A stretch of DNA of 24,289 nt from Burkholderiales bacterium (lineage in GTDB: Bacteria > Pseudomonadota > Gammaproteobacteria > Burkholderiales > UBA6910), in the NCBI GenBank assembly GCA_035718105.1, contig DASTHR010000209.1:1-24289 (forward strand), written 5' to 3'. A program made the translations under genes and the position numbers. Shown here piece by piece: positions 9,222-16,853 of the stretch. A model generated the notes under the pieces. It was not told the origin of the DNA. It worked only from the letters and a program-made list of their open reading frames with translations, and made no database searches. How positions within the stretch are numbered: position 1 is the first letter of the stretch; every line of letters starts with the position of its first letter.

Positions 9222-9473
9222 TCAATACTCATGGATCAGGATGTCCCTGAGGGCATCGGGTCGTCCTTCCACCACGCTGGCCCAGCGTTCAACGCCGGTT
9301 TCCCGCGGGGGAGTGAAAGTCTCGCCATGATCACAGTGCAGGCGCCATCGCCGCATTAGGACTTTCAGGCAGTGCGCGAAGGGGATGTCCTCGGGCCGGG
9401 CACGGGCCGCCGCGGACAGGAACCGGCAGCTGCACTGGTGGCCGTGTGGAATTGTCTCGTAAACGCAATGCAT
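9222..9473 (-). CDS. Possible 83-aa Cys/His-rich hypothetical protein
   Basis: GAGG 6 nt before ATG 9473; fills the gap in a co-oriented cluster; codon usage is less biased than neighbours. Confidence 0.4.
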   Translation of the reverse strand: MHCVYETIPHGHQCSCRFLSAAARARPEDIPFAHCLKVLMRRWRLHCDHGETFTPPRETGVERWASVVEGRPDALRDILIHEY

Positions 9474-9553
9474 GCATCGCCTCGCCGGGACTGTCCGCAC
9501 CCGCTTCAAAGGGCCGGCTCCGGCCGATCAAGTCTGCGGGAGCCGGCGGTGCG

Positions 9554-9952
9554 TCAGCATGTGTAGCTGTAACCATCCGACTGGTGAATCTGCTTCAGGA
9601 AGGGGTCGCACACCTTGGGGGCGGGTGCGGCCGCCGGGGTGGGGGAGGGTTTCTCCACGTACCTGCCTTTGGCGGCAGCCTCCTGCTTCATCATTTCGTG
9701 GTCCGGGTTGGGGCTGGCGCCGTCCGTGATCTCTCGTTCGTGGTCCCAATACGTTCCGGGTGCTCTCTGGTCCCCGCGCACTCCCGTTGCGGTCCTGGGT
9801 GCCGCAGCATGGGGAGTGGAGGGCGTGTAGCCGTCCGTCAACTCGAGCTGGTGCCACAGCGCATCGTGGGACCGCGCGAGCGGCGCGAAGCCAAGAAGCA
9901 GGGCGGCGGCCGCGGCCGTGGCCACTGCGGTTCCGATATTGCGGTTGGTCAT
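9554..9952 (-). CDS. Secreted 132-aa protein with three (Q/E)xxx(T/S)DG repeats
   Basis: AAGGAG RBS, ATG 9952, signal peptide, internal repeats LWHQLELTDGY / WDHEREITDGA / FLKQIHQSDGY. Confidence 0.75.
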   Translation of the reverse strand: MTNRNIGTAVATAAAAALLLGFAPLARSHDALWHQLELTDGYTPSTPHAAAPRTATGVRGDQRAPGTYWDHEREITDGASPNPDHEMMKQEAAAKGRYVEKPSPTPAAAPAPKVCDPFLKQIHQSDGYSYTC

Positions 9953-10338
9953 GATCATCTCCTTGAACAGTGGTCGGAAATCTCTGCCGTCCGGGACGCA
10001 TTTGCGGCCCGTTACGCGATTCCAGTATCGAGCGCCGCCTTCAAGCACTGTTCAGGGAAAGTTAAAGAATCGTTCCAGACGCGTTACCCGAGCAATTTCT
10101 CGGAGCGGGCGCCTGCGATACGCAAACCGCAGCTCCGGGTTCGATCCGGGGACGCGATCGGGAACACTTGCTGCTCGGGACTCCGCCATTAGGGGCAAAT
10201 CCTGCCTGCGCCGACACCAAGTGGCGCGATGGTTCCGGGGAACCGGCTAGGCGGCTGGACCGGCCACGAGCGACCGGATATTGGCGCGATGGTCAGGAGC
10301 GCCAGCCACCCGCCGGAGGCAGATCCGGCGTCATAGGG

Positions 10339-10689
10339 CTAGGCTAATGGCGGCCGCTTCGGCAGGTCCGGCACAAACCCGTCAGACTGGTGTACCGGGC
10401 GAGCGACCTGAACGGCTGCCACGAGGGACGGTGTCACGCTGCGAACACCGGGGAGGGCATGGGCGCTGCAAAGGTGGCATTGGTTGCAATCCTTGCAGGT
10501 TTCGCCGGCAGACAGCGTCGGGTCACCGGTGCGGGAGTCCGCAAAATCCGCGCGGGAATCCGGCGCCAGCTGAGTGGGGGTATGCCCGCCGTCGTGCCCG
10601 CACCAAGCCATGGTGACGGCGGAGAACGCCTGCAGTGGCATGCCGGCAAGACCCAGACACAGCAGCAGTGTTTTCAAGAAATGCCGCAT
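10339..10689 (-). CDS. CopL/CzcI/DUF2946-like Cys/His leader protein, copy 2
   Basis: GMPLQAFSAVTMAWCGH, CKDCNQCHLC, C-terminal DGFVPDLPKRPPLA; paralog of 2026-2376. Confidence 0.78.
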   Translation of the reverse strand: MRHFLKTLLLCLGLAGMPLQAFSAVTMAWCGHDGGHTPTQLAPDSRADFADSRTGDPTLSAGETCKDCNQCHLCSAHALPGVRSVTPSLVAAVQVARPVHQSDGFVPDLPKRPPLA

Positions 10690-10695
10690 GGGCAA

Positions 10696-10723
10696 AGTAT
10701 AGTTCGCCCGCGGACGTGGGCAA
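10696..10723 (-). promoter_or_regulatory. sigma70-type promoter TTGCCC-N16-TATACT, leaderless
   Basis: -10 at 10696-10701 lies 6 nt upstream of ATG 10689; no SD. Confidence 0.6.
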
Positions 10724-10847
10724 CCTGGCCTGCGGCGTGCGGTGCCCTGGGACCGCGTGTCCCTGTCTGACAGTCGAATGAGCGCTGCGTGGCCCGGGGT
10801 CGGCGAATATGCGCCTGCGCCTCGAGTGGTGCCGTGGGCCCGAGGGG

Positions 10848-10866
10848 TTTTTCAACAGCCTGCTAG
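10848..10866. repeat. Solitary CTAG-capped end of a MITE/IS-like element (tentative)
   Basis: CTAGCAGGCTGTTGAAAAA on the minus strand, overlapping the LuxR-gene stop; resembles repeat ends recalled from betaproteobacteria; no partner end seen in the window. Confidence 0.3.
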
Positions 10867-11546
10867 GCGTTGCCGCCCTCGGGGCCGGGCCCAGGCTTCA
10901 GGCCGAGGCGATTCAGGGCGACGATGGCTTCGGCCCGGCTGCCGACGTGAAGCGCCCGGAGGATCGCGGTTACATGGATCTTCACGGTGCCTTCGGCGAG
11001 GCCGAGTTCGCGGCAGATCGCCTTGTTGGACCGCCCCTGAACCAGCAGTCGCATTACGTCGGCCTGCCGGCCCGTCAGCCCAAGGTCTGCCGCCGTGAAG
11101 CTTTGCCCCGAACCGGCCGTAACAGCGGGCGCCGGTCCCGGGTCCGCATCACCGCGCAGGAGTTCGGGGGGCAGGTAGATTCCCCCGGACAGCACCAGCC
11201 GCACCGCGCTCAGCATCACGGCGGGCAACGAACTCTTCGGTATGTAGCCCATGGCGCCCCGGCTCAGGCAGTTACGGACCGTCTGCGGGTCGTCAAGGAC
11301 CGAGACGATGACGACGGGCAAGGTGGGGTGACGCTCCCGGAGGGCGTCCAGGGCCGAAAAGTTTTCGGCCCCCGGAATATGCAGGTCGAGGAGGACCAGG
11401 TCCAGGTCGGGTATGCCGTCGGCCATCGCCAGGGCCTCCTGGGCGGACGTCGCCTCGTGCAACCTGACGTCGCTTCCGAGTTGGGTCAAGACCTGGCGCA
11501 GCCCCTCGCGGATCAAGGCATGATCATCAACCACTGCGATTTTCAA
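10863..11546 (-). CDS. NarL/LuxR-family response regulator
   Basis: TTG start; VVDDH, DLVLLD, GYIPKS; HTH LTGRQADVMRLLVQGRSNKAICRELGLAEGTVKIHV. Confidence 0.93.
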   Translation of the reverse strand: MKIAVVDDHALIREGLRQVLTQLGSDVRLHEATSAQEALAMADGIPDLDLVLLDLHIPGAENFSALDALRERHPTLPVVIVSVLDDPQTVRNCLSRGAMGYIPKSSLPAVMLSAVRLVLSGGIYLPPELLRGDADPGPAPAVTAGSGQSFTAADLGLTGRQADVMRLLVQGRSNKAICRELGLAEGTVKIHVTAILRALHVGSRAEAIVALNRLGLKPGPGPEGGNA

Positions 11547-11566
11547 TTTTGCCGGCCTTGCCTCGC

Positions 11567-11590
11567 GGCTTATGTCTTTTGGAATAAGCC
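11567..11590. promoter_or_regulatory. 7-10-7 inverted repeat in the AT-rich divergent promoter region
   Basis: GGCTTAT (11567-73) and ATAAGCC (11584-90). Confidence 0.35.
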
Positions 11591-11706
11591 TTTTGTATTA
11601 ATGCGTTTCGTTGTGATCCCATCCAGCCGTATCATCATAAATACTGAATATCGTGTCAAAAAATCGCATCGCCAAGTGACAGAGCGTGCCGGGTCGGGGA
11701 GGGGGA

Positions 11707-13725
11707 ATGACTGCAGGACGTAACGGGAGAAATTCGCTGCTGGCCGCTGCCATGCTCGCGGCGGGGCCGGCGTTTGCGGCCGACGCGCCGCCTGCGGAGG
11801 GACTGTCGGAGCAGGAGTTCCTGCGGGAGGTTCCGGTGGTGCTCTCGGCATCGCGCTTGCGCCAACCCCTGGATCAGGCGCCCGCCGCGATCACGGTGAT
11901 AGATCGGGAGATGATCGAGGCCTCCGGGGCGCGGGAGATCCCGGAACTGTTCCGCATGGTGCCGGGATTCGTGGTGGGTCACGTGGTGGGTCACGACGGC
12001 GTGGTGGGTTACCACGGCCTCACCGACAATTTCCCGCGCCGCATCCAGGTGCTGGTGGATGGCCGCTCCATCTACTCGCTGGCCAATATCGGCGGCGTGG
12101 ACTGGTCCGCGCTGCCCCTGGCCCTGGAGGACATCGATCGCATCGAGGTCACCCGGGGACCCAACTCCGTGTCCTATGGCGCCAATGCCTTCCTGGGCGT
12201 CGTGAATATCTACACCCGCTATCCGACCCAGGACCTGGGGCTGCAGGTGTCGGTGTCCCAAGGCGAAGAGGGGATCGCCGACCGCTTCATCCGCTATGCC
12301 GGCACCCGCGATGGCCTCGACTATCGCATCAGCCTTGCAAGCCGCCGCGACCACGGTTTCGACGAGGTCAACGACAGCCAGAAACTCACCTTCGCCAATG
12401 CGCGCGCCGAGTACCGGCTGGACCCGAAAAACACTCTTGGGGTTGAGGCGGGTCTGAGCGACGGAAACCAGGGCATCGGCGAGCCGGACAACATCCTCGA
12501 TCCCATCCGCGACTCGGAGGTGGAGAGCAATTTCGTCCAGCTCTACTGGCGGCGCGTGCTGGACGGCGATGCCGAGTTGTTTGTCCAGTATTACCGGAAC
12601 TTCGACAAGGTGCGCGACAACTTCAGCGTCACCGCACCGCCTCCGTTCCCGCCCCTGGTCGAGCCGATCAACAGGGACAAGACTTCCACGCGGGACAACA
12701 TCGAGTTCCAGCACACCTTCGCGCCGGCGGAGAGCCTGCGCTTCGCGTGGGGTTCCGAGGCCCGGTGGGAGCGAGTGGAGTCACCGGGCCTGCTCGGCAC
12801 CGAAGCCACGCAGAAAAACAGCTTCTGGCGCGTCTTCGGCAATGCCGAGTGGCGGCCGGCTCCGGCCTGGCTGGTGAACGCCGGACTGATGTACGAGGAC
12901 AACCAGCTCGGCGGCTCCATGCTCTCGCCGCGGCTGGCACTGAACTACACCATCGCCCCCGGCCACACCGTCCGGGCAGGCGTCACCCGGGGCTACCGCA
13001 CGCCCAACCTGTTCGAGGAAAAGGCGGACGTCAAGGTCTCCCTCAACGGCATCCTCATTGATCAGGACATCCTGGCCAGGGGAGGCCTCAAGCCGGAGTC
13101 CATCCTGGCGCGCGAGATCGCTTACCTGGGGGAGTTCAGCAGCCTGCGGATGTCGGTGGACGCCCGGGTGTTTCGGGAAAGCATCCAGGACCTTATCGGC
13201 GAGCACCAGGAGAAGCTGCCGCCGGGATTCGAGCAGGTGTTTCCCTTCTCCTTCTTCAACGACGCGTTCAATTTCACCAACAACCACTGGGCCAATATCA
13301 CGGGGGCCGAGCTGCAGGTGAACTGGAGCCCCTTCAGCACCACGCGCCTGGTGCTGAGCGCGGCGAACATGGATCTAGACGCCAGCGACATCAACGACGA
13401 TTTCTTCGTCAAGAATCCGAACCGCCCGACCTATGCCCGTTCCGCGCCCCGGAACAGCATGAGCCTGCTTGCCATACAGCGGCTGCCCGGGCGCGTCCAG
13501 TTCAGCGCCCTTTACTCCTACTACGACGAGATGGACTGGCTGGGCTCGGACCGGGTGCCGTCGTACAACCGCCTCGATCTGCGGCTCGCACACAAGTTCA
13601 AGGGGTCCTGGGGGAGCGGGGAGGCAGCGGTGGTCTACCAGAACCTCACGCCCGCCTACACGGACTTTGCCGAGGAAAACACGTTTGATCGCCGGGCGTA
13701 CTTCACCCTTAAGCTGAACTTCTGA
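11707..13725 (+). CDS. TonB-dependent outer-membrane receptor
   Basis: Signal peptide; plug motifs LSASRLRQPLDQAPAAITVID, VLVDGRS, IDRIEVTRGPNSVSYGANAFLGVVNI; C-terminal Phe (LKLNF). Confidence 0.93.
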   Translation: MTAGRNGRNSLLAAAMLAAGPAFAADAPPAEGLSEQEFLREVPVVLSASRLRQPLDQAPAAITVIDREMIEASGAREIPELFRMVPGFVVGHVVGHDGVVGYHGLTDNFPRRIQVLVDGRSIYSLANIGGVDWSALPLALEDIDRIEVTRGPNSVSYGANAFLGVVNIYTRYPTQDLGLQVSVSQGEEGIADRFIRYAGTRDGLDYRISLASRRDHGFDEVNDSQKLTFANARAEYRLDPKNTLGVEAGLSDGNQGIGEPDNILDPIRDSEVESNFVQLYWRRVLDGDAELFVQYYRNFDKVRDNFSVTAPPPFPPLVEPINRDKTSTRDNIEFQHTFAPAESLRFAWGSEARWERVESPGLLGTEATQKNSFWRVFGNAEWRPAPAWLVNAGLMYEDNQLGGSMLSPRLALNYTIAPGHTVRAGVTRGYRTPNLFEEKADVKVSLNGILIDQDILARGGLKPESILAREIAYLGEFSSLRMSVDARVFRESIQDLIGEHQEKLPPGFEQVFPFSFFNDAFNFTNNHWANITGAELQVNWSPFSTTRLVLSAANMDLDASDINDDFFVKNPNRPTYARSAPRNSMSLLAIQRLPGRVQFSALYSYYDEMDWLGSDRVPSYNRLDLRLAHKFKGSWGSGEAAVVYQNLTPAYTDFAEENTFDRRAYFTLKLNF

Positions 13726-13746
13726 TCCCGGGCGGGCGGTCGGATC

Positions 13747-14706
13747 ATGCTGGCGCGTCTGACGGCGGTGTTCGCGGCGGCGCTCGCGCTCGCGCTGGCG
13801 GCGGGCGCCCTGGCGCCAGCGGGCGCCGCGGGTCCTCCGCGGGTCGTTGGCATCGTCACCGGCGAGGAGGGCGGAGCCTATGCCGAGATGGCGGTGGCCA
13901 TCGAGTCCGGGCTGGCGGCGGCGTCGAGCGGCCTGTCTGTCATCCGCGTGCCCGTTCCCGCCGGCCGGGACGGTGCCTTGCAGGCCAGGGGCGCGGACCT
14001 GATCGTCGCCGTGGGAAGCCGGGCGGCTCGGGCCGCGCTTGCCACGGAACACGGCCTGCCCGTCATCGCGACACTGATTCCTCATGGTGCGTTCGAGCGC
14101 CTGGTGCGCGAACACCCGGGGCCGGCCGCGGGCCGGCGCATCACCGCGGTATTCATGGATCAGCCGCTGCGGCGGCAACTGGACCTGGTGCGCCGGGCGC
14201 TTCCGGGCCGCCAGCGCATCGGGGTCGTGCTGGGACCGGATTCCGAGCAGCAGGGCCCAATGCTGGCGGACCTGGCGGCGGATTACGGTTTCCGGCTCGC
14301 GCTGGAGCGCATCCGCTCCGGACCGGAGCTGATGCCGGCCCTGCAGCGGGTGCTCCAGGAGAGCGACGTCCTGCTGGCCGTGCCCGATCCGCTGGTGTTC
14401 AGCAGCGAAACGGTCCAGAGCGTGCTGCTTACGTCCTATCGCCACCGGACGCCCATGGTGGGCTTTTCGCCTTCCTACGTGAAGGCCGGCGCGTTGCTTG
14501 CCGTGTCCAGCAGCCCGGGGCAACTCGCCTCGCAGGTGACGGAGATCCTGCTGCGCATGGAAAAGGGCGAAGCCCTGCCGCCCCCCCAGTATCCGCGTTA
14601 TTTCTCGGTGCACGCGAACGGGCACGTGGCGCGCTCGCTCGGTCTCCGGCTGGAGCCCGAGGAAGCGCTCGAGCAGTGGCTGAAACGTCCGGAGGCGCGG
14701 CCATGA
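13747..14706 (+). CDS. Periplasmic ABC-type substrate-binding-like protein with no permease in the locus
   Basis: Signal peptide; RIGVVLG, DVLLAVPDPLVF, SYVKAGALLAV patterns of the ABC_sub_bind-like family; TGA overlaps the next ATG (ATGA at 14703-14706). Confidence 0.8.
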   Translation: MLARLTAVFAAALALALAAGALAPAGAAGPPRVVGIVTGEEGGAYAEMAVAIESGLAAASSGLSVIRVPVPAGRDGALQARGADLIVAVGSRAARAALATEHGLPVIATLIPHGAFERLVREHPGPAAGRRITAVFMDQPLRRQLDLVRRALPGRQRIGVVLGPDSEQQGPMLADLAADYGFRLALERIRSGPELMPALQRVLQESDVLLAVPDPLVFSSETVQSVLLTSYRHRTPMVGFSPSYVKAGALLAVSSSPGQLASQVTEILLRMEKGEALPPPQYPRYFSVHANGHVARSLGLRLEPEEALEQWLKRPEARP

Positions 14707-16658
14707 GAGTCGGAATCGTCCGCCGGGTGCTGCTCCTGGGCGTGGTCCCGGTGTCCATCGTGGCCGTGATCCTGTCCCTGTATTTCACCAGCACGCGGTT
14801 CGACGACCTGGAGGTGGCGCTTCAGGAACGTGGGCTGGCGATCGCGCGACAACTTGCGCCGGCGAGCGAGTACGGGGTGTTCTCCGGCAATCGCGAGGTG
14901 CTGCAGCGGGTGGCGGAAGCAGCGCTGCAGGAGAGCGACGTGCGCGCCGTGGTGATCGCGGATCGTGACGGTGTGGTGCTCGTGCACAGCGGCGAGCACA
15001 TGGAACCGCCCGCCGGTGCTGCGCCGCCGGAAGGCGGATCCATGACTCAGGCCGATCGGGGCGTGGCGCTGGTCTTCAGCGCCCCCATCCGCCGCGCGCA
15101 GATTACCCTCGAAGCCTACATCGACCAGTCGGCGGAGCTTGAGACGCCGGGGATCGCGCCACCGCCGGCACTCGGCTCGGTGCATGTGAAGGTTTCCCGC
15201 ACCGGCCTGATCAAGAAAAAGGGCCGCCTGCTGGCTGACGCCTTCCTGATCACGCTGGTCGGGCTGGGCATCGGCGCGGCGCTGGCGCTGCGGCTGGGGC
15301 GCGACGTCACCCGGCCGGTCCAGACGCTGACCCGGGCCGTGGAGCGCATCGGGCAGGGGGATCTGGCGGTGCGGGTGGAGGCCCGGTCCGCGGGAGAACT
15401 GCGGGTGCTGGAGGAAGGCATCAACGCCATGGCCGACAACCTGCAGGCGCTGCGCGAGAACCTCGAGGCGCGCATTGCCCAGGCGACGCGGGAACTCGCG
15501 GACAAGAAGGAGGAGGCGGAACGCGCCAATGCGGCCAAGTCACGCTTCCTGGCCGCCGCGAGCCACGACCTGCGACAGCCGCTTCATGCACTGGGCCTGT
15601 TTGTGGCGCGGCTGCGCGATCTCGCCGGGGAGACGGCGGCGGCGGATGGCACGGCCGCTCTCGGCGCGCTGGTCGGCAGGATCGAGGACTCCGTGGGAGC
15701 CATCAACGACCTGCTCGACGGGTTGCTGGACATCTCCCGGCTCGATGCCGGGGCGATGGTGCCCAATGTCTCCGCTTTTCCCGTCCAGCGGGTGCTGGAG
15801 CGGGTGGAAGGCGAGTTCGCAGGCATGGCCCGGGAGCAGGGGCTGCGCTTCCGGGTTCGGGGCAACAGGTCCCGGATCGTCAGCGACCCGATGCTGCTCG
15901 AGCGCATCCTGCGCAACCTGGTGAGCAATGCGGTGCGTTATACGGATCACGGGGGCGTTCTGATCGGGTGCCGGCGCCGCGGCGGGGCGTTGCGCGTCGA
16001 AGTATGGGACACGGGCGTGGGGATCCCCCAGGCCGCTCAGGGGGACGTGTTCCGGGAGTTCTACCAGGTGGGCGGCACAGGGCGCGGCCGGGAGAAAGGG
16101 CTGGGGCTGGGGCTTGCCATCGTGGATGGGCTCGCCAAGCTGCTCGGGCACCGGGTTCACCTCTTCTCCCGCCTGGGTCGGGGATCGGTGTTCGCCCTCG
16201 AGATTCCGCTTGCTCCGGAGGTGGCCGGGGTGGAGGCGCGCACAGCGGAGGCGGCCCCTGCCGGCCCCGCGCCGTCGGGCCTGGTATACGTCATCGAGGA
16301 CGACGCGCTGGTGCTGGAGAGCATGCGCGAACTGCTCCGCGGCTGGGGTTGCAGCGTGGTCGGGTTTGCTACCGGCGACGAGGCGATGGGCGCCTTGGAC
16401 GAGGGCGGTCCGGTGCCCGATCTGGTCATTTGCGACTACCGCCTGGGTACTAAGGAAAATGGCCTCGATCTCATCACCGGAATGCGCGCCCGGGTAGGGG
16501 CCGACATTCCCGCGGTGCTGGTGAGCGGCGACCCTGACCCGGACCTGCCCGGACTGGCGCGGGAGGCCGCATGCCATTTCCTGCAGAAGCCGGTGCGCCC
16601 CGCGAAACTGCGGTCCCTGCTTTGCTCGGTGCGGCTCGCGGTGCCGGGGGAGTCATAG
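14703..16658 (+). CDS. Hybrid sensor histidine kinase (BarA/GacS-like periplasmic domain, HAMP, HisKA, HATPase, REC; no HPt)
   Basis: Two TM segments; LAPASEYGVFSGNREVL; SHDLRQPL, NLVSNAVRY, DTGVGI, GLGLGL; receiver IEDD...DLVICD...QKPV. Confidence 0.92.
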   Translation: MRVGIVRRVLLLGVVPVSIVAVILSLYFTSTRFDDLEVALQERGLAIARQLAPASEYGVFSGNREVLQRVAEAALQESDVRAVVIADRDGVVLVHSGEHMEPPAGAAPPEGGSMTQADRGVALVFSAPIRRAQITLEAYIDQSAELETPGIAPPPALGSVHVKVSRTGLIKKKGRLLADAFLITLVGLGIGAALALRLGRDVTRPVQTLTRAVERIGQGDLAVRVEARSAGELRVLEEGINAMADNLQALRENLEARIAQATRELADKKEEAERANAAKSRFLAAASHDLRQPLHALGLFVARLRDLAGETAAADGTAALGALVGRIEDSVGAINDLLDGLLDISRLDAGAMVPNVSAFPVQRVLERVEGEFAGMAREQGLRFRVRGNRSRIVSDPMLLERILRNLVSNAVRYTDHGGVLIGCRRRGGALRVEVWDTGVGIPQAAQGDVFREFYQVGGTGRGREKGLGLGLAIVDGLAKLLGHRVHLFSRLGRGSVFALEIPLAPEVAGVEARTAEAAPAGPAPSGLVYVIEDDALVLESMRELLRGWGCSVVGFATGDEAMGALDEGGPVPDLVICDYRLGTKENGLDLITGMRARVGADIPAVLVSGDPDPDLPGLAREAACHFLQKPVRPAKLRSLLCSVRLAVPGES

Positions 16659-16853
16659 CCCGTCCGTGGTAGCGGCCTGCCGTTGCGCAGGGATGCCGGA
16701 TCTTGCCGAAATCCGCGCCGGATCCGGCAGGTGGCGTGGGCGTGGCGCCGCAGGCGACCGTTTCGCCTATGCCAATGGTGTGATTTCCGGCATCCCGGCA
16801 ACGCCGGATACTTGATCCCGGGCAGCTTGAGGCGCGCCACGGAGGACAGAACC

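Noticed and set aside
10222-10293. 12-bp direct repeat tggcgcgatggt, 60 nt apart
   Set aside because: Only two GC-rich copies with no supporting context; may belong to the spacer structure but cannot be called alone.
11252-11262. tggcgccccgg, identical to the tRNA-Arg 3' end (possible att site)
   Set aside because: Only 11 bp, very GC-rich, inside an intact regulator gene, and there is no integrase in the window.
11615-11650. Fur box upstream of the TonB-dependent receptor
   Set aside because: Only a partial ATCATCATAAAT resemblance; no 19-bp or 7-1-7 match.
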